Part shown: in pieces, positions 13,380-27,112 of the stretch | How the letters are laid out: each line of letters opens with the position of its first letter | How positions within the stretch are numbered: position 1 is the stretch's first letter | Source of the DNA: Lama glama | Lineage: Eukaryota | Direction of reading: 5' to 3' | Length of the DNA stretch: 64,000 bases | Assembly (NCBI GenBank): GCA_028534125.1 | Contig: CM052832.1 | Span: 22,694,001-22,758,000 of the forward strand | The notes under the pieces: generated by a model | What the model was told of the DNA's origin: nothing | The model's database searches: none | Seen by the model: the letters and a program-made list of their open reading frames with translations, nothing else | Translations under genes and position numbers: made by a program

Positions 13380-14360
13380 GCCCAAGAGAAACTCCTCCCA
13401 AACTCTCCTGTGATCTCATCCTAACACGTATCTTTAAATACTGTAAACATTCTGACAGTTACCGAAGGTCTATCTCCAGACTGGACTACTTCCCTCAACT
13501 GTAGATTTCCCATATCCCTTTTAACTTGGCATGTGTAAGACCACATTTTCTTGTTTGCCCCACAAACCTGTCCCTCCGTTAGTCCTGCTCATCTCAGTAA
13601 ATGCAACAACATTCTCCCAGATGCTCAGACTAAAGGTGGATTCACCTTTAACTTTCTGTTTCTCCCAGATCCTCCATCAGCACATCCTGTCGTCTGGACC
13701 ACAAAAGACATGTGAACACTTTATATCATCTTCACCACTAACGCTAGCCCAAGCCACATAGATTACTGCAACAACTTCTTACTGATCTCTATACCTTTGT
13801 AGCTTTTCTTAACACAGGATTCCAAAATGAACTATTTAAAATATAAACTACATCAAGTCAAGTCTTTGCTCAACTTTCCCCAGTGGCTTCCCTTCTCACT
13901 CAGAAAGGGGATCTCCCTCCCTTTATCCTTAGATCTCACCTTGTGTACTCTGAGTTCTCTCAGCTCCAGCCTCTTGCTTTTCCTAGAATTCACTGGCCAG
14001 TTTCCTACTGCAGAACCTTTGCACTTGCTCTTCTATCAGATAGTCAGTCTTCTTCCTTCTCTGCTTCTTTCTTGTCTTGGCTCAAATGTCCTAGTCTCAG
14101 TGAGTCCTTTCCTGACCACCCTATTTAAAACTACAAATCGTCCTATTCATCTCATGTCCTTTAACTACTTTCTTTTCCTCTCACCGTCTGACAAACTGCA
14201 CATTTAATTTATTTTCAGTTTCCTTTGCCTAGACTATTAGCTCCTTGAGGGCAGAGATTTTTGTTTCTTTCACTGCTGTTTTCCTAGCACCAAGAATGTA
14301 AAGGCCTGGAATATAATAGGTCCTCCAAGAGTGCATCTGAATGAAAGAGTGAATGGATGG
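13380..14360 (+). mobile_element. L2 LINE 3' remnant
   Basis: Pyrimidine-rich L2 3' region ending agctccttgagggcagaga...cctggaatataataggtcctc...tgaatgaa. Confidence 0.8.
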
Positions 14361-17300
14361 ACATGGACTACAGGTGAAAAGGACATTCACCAAAATGTAG
14401 CCATTGTCACTGTCGTAGAATTAATGGTGATTTTAATCTTTTTTATGTATGTTTGCATAGTTTTTGAAATGAACATGTTACCCTTATCAGAAAAAGAAAA
14501 GTGCCTTATTAAATGCATTTTCATGTTTAAAGAAAAAGATATGAAAGGGACAAAAAGCAGAAAAACAAAATAGCATGTGCATGTAGATGAATCTCTCATC
14601 ATACAGCATACTAATACGTGCACATAAGGAAATAAAACAAAAGGGAAACTGGCCAGAATGTGTACAGTGTCTGCACGTGCCAAAACTATGGGTTGCATAT
14701 TCTATTTTTATCTCCTTATATTAATGAGCATGTATTCTTTTACAGTAAAAATAGATCAACCTTTAAAATAGAGGTTAAATGCATTGCCGAATGTGCATAT
14801 ATGTAAAAAGAGTAAGTCAGTAATCTTAGCTACCAGTTACTTCTCAGTAATCCTAATTAAGTTGCCATGACTCTGTCTTACATTTTTTTAAAAAATTATT
14901 AATTCCTTCAGCTTCCTGTTTTCCTACTGAGGAATCAAATTTGACTCACAGAAGTGATTTCATCTGTTTGCCCTAAACTCATTTCTTATTTCTGTTAACA
15001 GTGTTTCACAAATGTGTATTCCTGGATAGTCAAATTAAAATTTTCAGTGGAATGTCCTGGGATCACTTTGTTTTTCACTTCTTTAATTCTTTAATGTGTA
15101 AGAATGATCTGATAACCTTGTAGTTAAAAGCTAATTTCAGATAATACTATATTTTCAAAATATTCTTTGACATTTTAATAAAACACACTTAAATAATAAA
15201 TAGTCCTTTAGCAGATTCCTCTGTTGCCAGGATATTTGCTAAAATGAAGGACTCTTCTTTCGCCCTTAGCTTTGATAGCAGTTAATCAGTGGAACAATGA
15301 TCTAAGTCTATTCTGCCTGGCCTCTTGCTTGGATTTGTAGCATCTGTTGCTGGCTGCTGCACTTTGAAAAATAAGCTTGGATGTTTATTTCGCAGAACCC
15401 ACTTCCCTGTCATGAAGGAGAAGCATTTATGTTTCCTTCACTGTGTGAAATCAGACAAATTGCATCTTCCCAGATCTAGGGAAGAGGGCTTCCCTCTCCT
15501 CTCCTTGCTCTCTAGGCGTGAGATTTGTCTTTGAAGCCCAAGCCAAGTCGATAATCAAAATGGATGTCACTTAAAGCTGGTCCCAGCTCCCAGCTCAAGA
15601 ATGATAAAGTGGCAGCGTCTGGGAGTGGGTTTACGGGGCACCTCCCCGACGTCGCGGTGGCCCCCTTTGTGAGAGGAGGGAAGCCACACTTCTGGGCTTC
15701 AGCCACTCTTTGGTCAGCTGCAAAGTCCTCAACCCCTGTTGCTTTCAAAGTGTCATTTACACCACAGCCTATATTAGACACTGTTTAATATTAAGTCATC
15801 TGTGTAATACTTTTCATGGTCATGAAAGTCAACAAAGTGCATGCATTTCCTTAAACAGAAGACAGGAAGGAGCTAACAAATAAAGTATCAGTAGTAAATG
15901 TTCATCTCTTTCTTATTAAAGCAAAATTTAATCAAAACTTAATATTAACTAATTTTTACTTCTATTAAAGCAAATCTGATAGAAATTTAGTAGCTTTGTA
16001 CCTATGTGTGCCTTGGGCACTCTTCTCACAGTGAAATCCATCTTTGCATTATCACATCAGCATTATAAAATTTGAATAAACCCCCATTACCTTTCTGTTC
16101 ATAGTACAATGTTTGGGTTCGGTTTTTTTCTTAGGATGGAAAAGGTAAACAAGTCACACTCAGGAGTGGGGAGAGGAGAGGATATTGGTTATAAGTAATT
16201 GTCCTCTAGCTTATTTTTAAGATATCTCAAAAGGTTTAGCTTTGTTCTTTATGACTAAAAAAAGTTATAAAATATGACCTATGAATTGCATACCATTGGT
16301 TACAGGAGAGGGGTAGCAGGAAGAAAGACTGTAACGTTGGTTATAATCAGAAAAGAAAAAAAAAAAGCCTGGTTGCAGCTCTTCTTGCTGTACTCTTCAG
16401 AATAGGAAAGACAAACCTTCCTTGCATGGTGGCCCGCAGCCAATCTCTAACTAGAATCAATTGCTTTGCCAAAAAGGAGCACAAAAGATGTTCATTGTTT
16501 GCAAACCGAGTTTCGTACAAAGGCACCTTTCCTCCAGGCTAGCAAGACGGAGATCAAGACAATTCTTTCTGTTGCCTCTTTATTCTGTTTCTCCTCTCCT
16601 CATGTTTGGAAGCCCTTCTGGAAGAAGGCAAATCTGAGCTGAACCCCAGAGAATCAGGAGACTTTTCACTTCACAGTATGATTTCTTCATTCCAGCTGTG
16701 TGACCACAGCATGTAATTGTTCTGAAATCCAACGGCCAATATTATAATTATCTACATAAAAAATTCACTGGGTAGCGTTTGTTTTTGAAGTGTGTGTGTT
16801 TTTTTTTTTTTTGATTTGTATATAGTCCTTTATCTCACCATGATGTGGCCGGATAGAGAGAATTGTGGGCAGGGGGTGAAGGAGGGCTGGAAGGAGTCAA
16901 TTCAGGGCGGAGAGAATGGTAGGGGGAGAGAAAGCTCTCCTTCACCTCCAGCTTCCTCTTCTGCTCTGTGTTTCCTCCTTCACTAGGCTCGGGAGGGTCA
17001 AAGTGAAAGTGACATTGGAAACAATGTCCAGACCGTGACCCAGTTCTCTCTCCCTCTCTTTCTTGCTGTCATACTCCCTTTCCCTTCCTCACCAGGTCAA
17101 GTGTTTTCTTCACCTGTCTCCAGCTCTTGCCCATTTTCTTAACACCATTTAGATTTCCCTTCTTTCTCTTTAATTTACAGCCCTTTATCAGTGTTTTCAT
17201 CACTCCTGCATTCAGAGCCTCGGGGTCCCAAACAGCCTTCTGGTTCTGCAGGTGCAATCCTATCCATCTACAAGGCACATAGGCATGTGTCTATTACCCT

Positions 17301-17884
17301 GGGAACCTTTCAGCAGTTTACAACATTGTTTCTATGACAGAAATGTATTCTGGGTGTCAGCTGCCTACCCAGACAAACTTTTAGGGTATGGCCAGGTTGT
17401 AATTTGGAGACATGCATTATATGTTCAAAGGAATGACATAAAAGAACTAGATATTCAGTGTGAATATTTGCAAAGATGCATGTGAATCATTGGAGAAATA
17501 ACGTCAAGATCCCAAGAGGGGTTTCAGACCGAGGATCATCTTGTTATTTATGACTCAAATTACAGTGTATTTAGTGGGCTGTATCTCCCCATGAAGGCTT
17601 TTTGTTTAGATGTCAGATATGGGCTTAGGACACTAAAATCATTGTGTAGATTTGAAATGAATTTTTAAAATTTATTTCATTTTTGCCTGTTTTGAAATAA
17701 GCCATAATTATTATCTGAGAAGCCTGGAGTATATTTATAACAGTTTTCAGAAGGAGTTCTGAAACCATAAAAAGCTTTTTTGTATGGGAGGAGGGGGTTT
17801 TAAGAGAGCAAATATTTATTTCACTGGCAAGTAAAAAAAACATACATATGATGCTAAATTAAACACTTTTTGTGTGCTTTATAT

Positions 17885-18090
17885 ATATTTTTATTGAAGT
17901 ATAGTCAGTTTGCAATGTTATGTTAGTTTCTGATGTATAGCATAATGATTCAGTTCTTTATATATTCCTTGTCACATTCTTTTCCATTGTAGGCCATTAC
18001 AACATATTGAATATAGTTCACTGTGCTGTACAGTAGGACCTTGCTGTTTATCTATTTTATGTATAGTAGTCAGTATCTGCAAATCCCCCA
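17885..18090 (-). mobile_element. 5'-truncated L1 3'UTR fragment
   Basis: tttttattgaagtatagtcagtt... matches the tail of the L1 at 23052. Confidence 0.85.
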
Positions 18091-18329
18091 AATTAAGCCT
18101 GTTTGACACAGGACCCCCTTCACTAGAAGGCACCTTTCAGAATGTAATTTGGTGTTGGAGCATCGTCTACCACTGAGCATACCCTCCCCCTGCTTATGAC
18201 ACATTTTACCAATTTTCTGTCCCAGAGGCAGCTCAAACCCCAGCATGGCTGGCACAGAGCAACCCTCCACAATCTTCTCTCCTGTTGTGCGTGACTGACG
18301 CCGTCTTCCATCTACATGTTTGGTCCAGA

Positions 18330-19260
18330 CACCAGGAAGTCACTCTTCACACAGTCGCTTCTTCTCACATCCAGACACATTTGTCTCCTCCCCTCCTCAT
18401 CTGCCCTCCTCTGTCTTCCTGGGAGTCCTCATCATCTTTCACCCATTTTACTCCAACAGCTCATCTGCTCTCTCTGTCTTGAGCCTCGAGCCTCTCCACC
18501 TGTCCTAAACGCAGCTGCTAGAGTGGTTTTCCTAAAGGAATCCGATCACATCACTCCCTGCTTAAAATTCTTCTTCCCTAACTCCTCTTTACCTCTGGGC
18601 TAACATCCAAACGACTTCACCCAGCTTGTAAAGCTCCTCGACGCGTGAGACTGGGTTCTATCTCATGTTCCAGCAGCTAGGAATCTGTAGTTGTGCTGTC
18701 TGGTAGGGTAGCCACTAGCCAGAGATGGCTTTTTTAAAATGTAGTTTTCAGTGAGTTGAAATTGAATGAAGTAGAAAAATCTCAGCCGCCCTTGCCGCAT
18801 TTCAAGGGATTACTAGTCACGTGTGGCTAGTGGCTGTTGCACTGGTGAGAGGGAAATACGAACGTTCCCATCGATGCGCATCGATTCCGTCAAGGCAGCA
18901 CTGGCTCTGTTTCAGTCCCGCAGCCGGTGCGCAGTCCGCTTAGGGGTTCCAGCACCAGGCGCACTCTCCTCTTTCATGCTGTTATTTATACTCTTCCCTC
19001 TCCAGTGTCCTAGTGATCCTTCTCGTAGCTAAATCCTACGCACGTTTACCTACTTCCCATCCCAACCTGGGCGGGGCCTCCTCCCGTGGATTCTGTAGCC
19101 CCCTAAGTGGACTCCTTGCTGAACATGCATTGTTGTTACCTGTTTTCTTGCCTGTCTTTCCACTAGAGTAAGAAGTCTTTGCTAGAGTGAGAAAACTGAT
19201 GTCTTTTAATGTCTAGTACTCTGCCTGCCTCATAGAAGGCACTTGGAAACTAAGGGGGGA
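18330..19260 (+). mobile_element. L2 remnant interrupted by MER3
   Basis: L2-like gatcacatcactccctgcttaaaa and tgcctgtctttccactaga...catagaaggcact. Confidence 0.6.
18688..18903 (+). mobile_element. MER3-like hAT-Charlie MITE
   Basis: gtagccactagcc...cacgtgtggctagtggct...gcagcactg. Confidence 0.75.
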
Positions 19261-21609
19261 AAAATCAAACATGAAATATCCACTGAAAATGTTTCCTTTG
19301 GGGGCCAGGCTGATGTTTGTAGTGAACATTTAATGTTTACATTCAAGGAATTATAAATTGCAAGTTTGTCCTTTTTTGATCTTTATGTACCTGGCTGATC
19401 AGTTTATCCTAATGTGCTTAATTCTCTTAACCAAATATCTTTAAAACCCAATATGAAATTGAGAGATTGAACTATTGGGGAGTAAGTGACATAAAGTTCT
19501 AACTTGAAGGAAAAAATAATGTTGATTTGAAAAACCTCTTAGTGCAGGATGAATTAGGTATGAACATACAACATAGCTATTTCAATAACATTAATTATTT
19601 AGATTCCAACATGCTGTGTTGTAAATGTCCTGTCCTTAATGTAAGGGGACTAAGTACATTGTCATCACTCTTAACAGTTGAGTTCCTGACATTTCAAACG
19701 CAGCGTGCAGCCCGCCTCATCACTTGTGTTTATTAAGGAGGCAGAGTAAAAGCAAAAAGAAAATGGACTTTTTCCAACTTCAGCTTATTTTTAAATGAAT
19801 GATTTACAATTAATGACGGCACAAAGCATTGCTTCAGCTGTTGGTTTTTTATCGTTTAACTTTACCGAAAGAACTAACCAGTGCGTCATTTAAAGTGTCA
19901 CTAAAGACATTTTCTGCTTTCAGTTTTCACTTATTCGTGACAATTCTATGGAGCATTCAGAGCTCTGGAGCTAAATAAAAAGGTAGATTCTGCCTGAGTT
20001 CACTTTACTCTTGCCCTCTCCTCTCCCCCCTCCACAGAGTTGTTCTTTTTTAATTTTTTTTTTTACAAGAGGCCGCCACTTTCATAATTGGAGAATAGCA
20101 CATTCAAGATTCTTGGAATTTTCATAATCTGTTTATTAAGGTGACTGCTGATGTGTGTGTGTGATTATGGAAGTCACAGAGCAGCGAACGAGTATGGGTG
20201 TGCACTGGGGGAAGGGAGGATACGTAACTAAACTTCAGATTGAAGACCTTTATTTAAAATAGCACCTTGAGGTCAGTCAGGTGAACTTGCTGGAGTGTGT
20301 TATTCTGATTGGTAAGCGCCAGCCCAATACCGAGACAGGAACAGGCCTTCTTTACTTCTCACATTAAAAATACCTGATGTTTTTCTGAACGATTCCATCT
20401 ACAGAAGCTCTCCTATTGCTGTATATAGTCCTGCAGTGCATTTTCCAATCTGTGCATGAGGAATGTACACAATAATTATGCCAGGACCAATTCTGCACGG
20501 CAGCCTGTGAAGCAGGCCAACTGCCGACTCTAGTTTTCTTCTTGTCGCAGAAAAGGCACAAAAACAAAAAGCCACAAGTGCCTCAGGGTTCCGGTACCAG
20601 CGAGGAATAGACCAAGTTATACCAGGGTGACAAGCTCTGACATCTCGGCGACTTCACCAAGCAGGTGCTCTCTTCCTCATGCTGTCTGTGCACAGGCTGG
20701 CATAGCGGTGCGTGTGCAGGGCTAGGGGGCGGCTTTCTACTCATGGACACCTAGGGCCACGGCGCCGACAAGCTTATGCGATTTGCCTCGAGTTGTTACT
20801 TCAGATAAAAGTCTTCAACTTGGAGTCAAGTTATTTTTAGTTATTTATCCTCCTGCCTCCGATGTACACGCATACTCGTTCGCCGCACTGTGATCTCCGT
20901 AATCATGCACATCACCGGTCATTTTAAGAAACAGATTATGAAGTTGTGTAACTCTTGGCTGTGCTAGTCTCCAGTGATGGAACTTGGGGGAAGACGGAGA
21001 AATGCAGGCTGAACTGTGAAAATTACACTCAGCTCTTCATCACTCAAATTTTCATCTCTCTCCAGACACGGGATTTTGTTTCAGGACTGTAGCTACCAAA
21101 TGTAAAACAGAAACGACCCCTGGAAACTACTCAGGCTCCATCATTTTAAAACGAAATCGTATGATCAGGCGTGTCACTAGCTAAGATGGGATGACTTTTT
21201 CAAAAACAAAAATCTTATTTTCTCCCAGAGGTTCAGTAAAAGAAAGAAAAGAATATAGGGCTGGGAGGAGCTGACTGAGATATTCTCTAAATAGACCCAC
21301 ACAGTGTCTCTTGAGTAAACACCGTCCAGCCAGGCAGACTCCTGCTTTAGTGTCACAGCAGCACCACCTTGGGAAGTCAAGGCATCGCCAGATCCATCAT
21401 TATTTTCCTAACAGTCTCCTCGGGGCCTGACGTTTGGGAGGATGGCAACAATCAGTTATGCACAGAAACAGGCATGAGCGTGAACAGATCAATTGTGTGC
21501 TAAAGTATTATTCGGTGACTGGTTCCAAACATCCTTACCCCCAAATATGTGTTCAGAAATAAATCAATAGCAGCGCCTCCTCTCTATGAAAGGAAACAAA
21601 GATAAGTTA

Positions 21610-21800
21610 TTGAAAAATCAGTGTGTGTCAGGATTATGCTAGGCTATTTCAATGTAATAAATTACCTGTTACTCGTAAAATACTTTTAAGTTTGATATCA
21701 TTATCCCCATGTTGTAGAATACTAAACCAAAGCTCAGGACATGAAAGATCGTTTCTCAGGTCCCCAGCCAGCAGGCGACGGAGCCAGGGTGTGGATCCAT
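21610..21800 (-). mobile_element. MIR remnant
   Basis: attatccccatgttgtaga...caggtccccagccagc. Confidence 0.5.
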
Positions 21801-23049
21801 GCCCATCTCCACAGGGACTCTCCAGGGACCTTTGTGTGTCCTGGACATGCTCACTTTTGAAGATCCCAGCTCACATTATTTCAAAGAGGTTAAAATAAAC
21901 CGCTCCCCTCAAACATAATTTATCTATTACCAGGTCTGTTGAGTTGCAGTTGGTAAATTGAAGTAATTTTCTGGCTTTAGAACTTAACAAACTATGAGTT
22001 GTGGTCTTATAATTACAAATCGTACACCACATAGTTTTTTGCATTTTGTCTTTTTCAGAGTGCAAACTGTCTTGGAGGCTGTTGAAAAGTTCCTGGTTCT
22101 CCTGTGGTAGCTGTGGTGCCCACCAGACACAGCAGCCTGAGAATGAGTGTGAGGTTCCGCTCCTTCCACACCAGCAGCCTGGGTAGGTTTTTGTATCTTA
22201 CCCTGAACCTCATCTTTAGCACTGTATTTACATCATGACCAAAATGCTTTACTTGAATCTTGCTTTACACAGTAATTTGTTTAGCTAAATGTGAGATACT
22301 GCATCTCTTACTTCCTCTCCATTTTCAAGGCTCGAGAGAGCACCATAGAATTCCTTTCTGGAATGCAAGAGGAAGGAGACTGTCTTGCAATTCCCAGTAG
22401 AATCCATTGCAGGGTTGATGCTAACGATCAGTCCCAGCGCCTACGAGCAGGACCTAGTCAATGGACTCTGCAAATTGCCCTCAAAATTGGGGGGGTTCCG
22501 AAATTCTACAACCAGACCTTGGGCTGAATAGTCTCAGGTGAACGTTCCTCTCTGTAGGAAGGTTCAGAGAAGAACGGCCCACTGTTTTCAAGGAGGTGAA
22601 TTAAACTTAATACAGATTAGGTGAGAAGAAAGATGGGATGGTATAGAAAGGATATTTGGGCTCTTTGTCCTTTTATTTGGAAGGAAGTGGAAAATGCCAG
22701 TTGTGATCACAGCTGCTTTCTCAAAAGGGGGAGATGTATATGAAGGGTCCTTTAGTTCTGCTGGCCCCTTGGAAGTTTTAGAGCTGGATTTAGGGAAAGA
22801 GGCTCAAGAGGTCTAAATTGCTTACAGAATAAAGAATAGTTTGAAACTTTGAGGGAATGGAGAGACAAGGCAGGAGAGAGTGTGTGGGAGAGGCATGAAG
22901 AGAGAAAACAAGACAGGACCTAGTATGAGCTGGATGTGGTGTGAGGTTGGGGTGTTATAGGTGTGAAGCACCAGGATGGAAAGACTGAAGTGATTTTTAA
23001 GAGCTGGGTACCTAATATTCAACTTGAAGTTGTTTGGTTTGTGTATATA

Positions 23050-25310
23050 TATTTTTTTATTGAAGTATAGTCAGTTTACAATGTTGTGTCAATTTCTGGT
23101 GTACAGCACAATGATTCAGTCATATATGAACACACATATATAGTTTTCATATTCTTTTTCACCATAAGTTACTACAAGATATTGAATATAGTTCCCTGTG
23201 CTGTATAGTATGAACTTGTTTATATATATATATATAAAAACATATAAGTTAGTATCTGCAAATCTGGAACTCCCAATTTATCTCTTCCCACCCTCCTTCC
23301 CTTCCTGGTAACCAAAAGTTTGTTTTCTGTGTCTGTGAGCCTGTTTCTGTTTTGTAAATAAGTTTGTTTGGCTTTTTTTTTTTAGATTCCACATGTAAGT
23401 GATAGCATACGGTATTTTTCTTTCTCTTTCTGGCTTACTTCACTTAGAATGGCAATCTCTAGGTCCACACATGTTGCTGCAAATGACATTATTTTATTAC
23501 TTTTTATGGCTGAGTAGTATTCCATTATACAAATGTACTACAAGTTCTTTATCCAGTCATCTGTCCATGAATATTTAGGTTGTTTCCCTTTCTTGGCTGT
23601 TGTAAATAGTGCTGCTATAAACATTGGGTGCATGTATCTTTTTAAGTTAGAGTTTTCTCTGGATATATGCCCAGGAGTGGAATTGCTGTATCATATGGTA
23701 AGTCTATTTTTAGTCTTTTGAGAAATCTCCATGCTATTTTCCATAATGGCTGCACCAGAATACATTCCCACCAACCATGTAGGAGGGTTCCCTTTTCTCC
23801 ACAGCCTTTCTAGCATTTATCATTTGTGGACTTTTGAGTGATGGTCATTCTCACTGGTGTGAGGTGATATCTCATTGTAGTTTTGATTTGTGTTTCCCTG
23901 ATAATTAGCAGTATTGAGCATTTTTTCATGTGCCTGTTGGCCATTTGTATGTCTTCATTGGAGAATTGCTTGTTTGGGTCTTCTGCCCATTTTTGGATTG
24001 GGGTTTTTTTTTGTTATTAAATTGTATGAGCTGTTTGTATATTCTGGAAATTAAGCCCTTGTCAGTCACATGATTTGAAATATTTTCTCCCATTCCATAG
24101 GTTGTCTTTTCGTTTTGCTTATAGTTACCTTTGCTGTGTGAACGCTTATAAGTTCAATTAGGTCCCATTTGCTTATTTTTGCTTTTATTTCTGTTGCCTG
24201 GGTAGACTGCCCTAGGAGAACATTGCTAAGATTTATGTCAGATACTGTTTTGCCTATGGTTTCTTCTAGGAAGTTTATCATGTCTTGTTTTATGTTTAAG
24301 TCTTTAAGCCATTTTGCGTTTATTTTTGTGTGTGATATGAGGGAGTATTCTAACTTCACTGATTTACATGCAGCTGTTCAGTTTTCCGAACACCATTTGC
24401 TGAAGAGACTTTCTTTACTCTATTGTATGTCCTTCCCTGCTTTGTCAAAGATTAATTGACTGTAAGTCTGTGGGTTTATTTATGGGCTTACTGTTCTGTT
24501 CCATTGACCCATGTGTCTGTTTTTGTACCAATACCATGCTGTTTTTATTACTGTAGCTCTGTAGTATTGTCTGAAGTCTGGGAGGCTTATCCCTCCAGCT
24601 TCATTCTTTTTCTTCTCTATTGCTTTGGCAATTCTGGGTCTTTTGTGATTCCATGTAAATTTTAGGAGTATTTGTTCTAGTTCTGTGAAAAATGTCCTGG
24701 GTAATTTGATAGGGATGGCATTAAATCTGTAGATTGCTTTGGGTAGTATGGCCATTTTAATAATATTAATTCTTCCAACCCAAGAACATGGGATATCTTT
24801 CCATTTCTTTAAATTATCTTTAATTTCCTCAGTCAGTGTTTTGTAGTTATCCACATATAAGTCTTTACTTCCTTGGTCAGATTTATTTCTAAATATTTTA
24901 TTTTTTTGGAAGCAATTTTAAAAAGGATTGTTTATTTACTTTCTTTTTCTCATATTCCATTGTAAATATAAAGAAATGCAATTGATTTCTGTATGTTAAT
25001 CTCGTATCCTATTCCCTTACCAAATTGTTTTATCAGCTCTAGTAAGTTTTGTGGAGCCTTTAGGGTTTCCTGTATATAATATCATGGGGCTTGATAGGTA
25101 TCATGTCATCTGCATATAATGACAGTTTTACCTCTTCTCTTCCAATTTGTATCCCTTTTATTTCTTTTGCTTGTCTAGTTGCTGTGGCTAGGACTTCCAA
25201 TACTATATTGAATAGGAGTGGTGAGAGTGGACACCCTTGTCTTGTTCCAGATTTTAGTGGGAAGGCTTTCAGCTTCTGACCATTGAGTATTCTGCTGGCT
25301 GTAGGCTTGT
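23050..25310 (-). mobile_element. 5'-truncated L1 (ORF2 RT/C-terminal remnant plus 3'UTR)
   Basis: Minus-strand ORFs contain L1 ORF2 peptides [28 protein letters not shown] and [33 protein letters not shown], broken by stops and frameshifts. Degenerate TSD tggtttgtgtatata (23035-23049) / tgttttgtgaatata (25311-25325). Confidence 0.97.
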
Positions 25311-25746
25311 TGTTTTGTGAATATAAACCAGCCCCGCTTTCCATCTCTCCAGATCTTTAGTTAACTCTCTACGTATGCATATCTATCATGTGTTTTAATG
25401 GTTTATTTTGTGAAATTGAGCAGAGTTGGGGTTGAGATAGTGTTGAGGAACAAAGCTTTCTTGAGAGCGTGTAAAAAATTTCTTAGCATGAAATAGTTCA
25501 ATACAATTAGGACATGAGAACTAAAAGCAAACTCTGTTACTAAGAACTAGTTGAAATCTTCGTGAGAACTTTCAAATTCCACCAGATGTGAAATAAGAAT
25601 TCAAACAATCTTTTGAAGATCTTAAGAGATACAAAATAACACTAGCCTAGATATTTGTATTAAATTTGTGTTTTTCTTGGTACATATGTTATTACAATTT
25701 AGAAAATTAAAGGGTAAAATAGCAAAATTGTAAGCATTTCTGTACT

Positions 25747-26230
25747 TTTTAAAAAAATTGTGATAAAATATACATAACAAAATTGATCATTTTAACCATT
25801 TTTAATTGTACAGTTTAGTGGTATTGTCTACATTCATATTGTTATGCAACCATCATCACTCTATTTCCAGAACTTTTCTCATTTTCTCAAACTGCAACTA
25901 TATACACCAGACAATAGCTGCATTTTCTCCTCCCCCATCCCCTTGTAAGCACCATTCTATTTTTCTGCCTCTATAAATTTGACTATTTTAGATACTTCTT
26001 ATAAGTGGAGTCACACAGTATTTGTTTTGTTTTGTTTTTTAGACTGGCTTATTTTACTTACCATTAATGTCCTCAGATTTCATCCATGTTGTAGCATGTA
26101 TCAAATGTCCTTCCTTCTTAAGTCTGGATAATATTCCATTGTATGTATATACCACATCTTCTTTATCAGTTATAAATTGATATTCTTTATCAACTATCAG
26201 TGGACATTTGGGTTGCTCTATTCTTTTGCG
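25747..26230 (-). mobile_element. Older L1 (L1MA/MB-like) 3' end
   Basis: ttaaccattttt...catccatgttgtagcatgt...tggacatttgggttg. Confidence 0.85.
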
Positions 26231-26594
26231 TATATGTTATTTTTAAACCTGCTCTCCTTAACCTAAAATACGGAAATCTTTCTATTAAAAGTTCTTTTCT
26301 CGGCATTGTTTTATACCTGTTCACTGGGCCATTTTTGCTTATATCATAGTTTTCATAATTTATAAAACTGTCTTAATTTATAAAATCCATCTTCAGAAAT
26401 CTACCTTAGACAGGGTAGATTAAGCTACAGTCAACACGTAAATTACATTTTCCCCATCAAGGTAATTAGGAGAACTTCAATATAGAACTAGTAGGGGAAG
26501 AAGAACCAATGCCTTTGAAGAAAATACAATTTTAAAACATTTTCTTCTATATTTATAAACGTGTGCTTTAAAAAAATGATTTCTCAGTTTATAT

Positions 26595-27112
26595 TGGGTA
26601 CTGCTGATTGCCTTCTCAGCCTCCAATCCCTCCCCATATTTCCTCTTCACAGAACCCCAATTCTGCTCATGTGCCTTCAAGTCCCACACATAGCCTCTGC
26701 ATCTCATGAGAATCTCCTCCTTTCCCCGCTCCAGGAATGGGTCCTGATGATCAGAGCCTGATCCTTTCAGGTATAAGTCAATCATAGCACCATCTGCTGA
26801 TTATTGTTACTGGCCCAGGAATAGGTATAGGCTTAGGATGAAAGACTTCTGTTTTCTCTCTGGATATAACAAAGGAAGTAAGGATTTTTCTTATAGCAAT
26901 GAGTAGAAGAATAAACCCATGGATTAAGCCAAACTTGTTGACAACATAAAAGATCATTGAAAAGAAAACATTCGTGATGATGTCATGGAGTTACTGAAGC
27001 AGTCAACCTGGAAATTAGCCTTACCTCTCGAAGTCATGTGACAAGAAATTATCTGACACTTTTAGCCAGTTTTAGTTTGGTTTTCTCAAAGCTGTCGAAG
27101 CATCTTAGCGAC
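26595..27112 (+). mobile_element. MaLR/ERVL-class LTR remnant
   Basis: Degenerate LTR motifs; 3' end tttagccagttttagtttggttttc...gcatctta. Confidence 0.45.

Noticed and set aside
22330..22537. Exon-like segment after a pyrimidine tract
   Set aside because: AAG acceptor, in-frame stop before a weak donor, unrecognised peptide.
24066..25344. Reverse transcriptase ORFs as a novel RT system
   Set aside because: Ordinary broken L1 ORF2 of a 5'-truncated copy.
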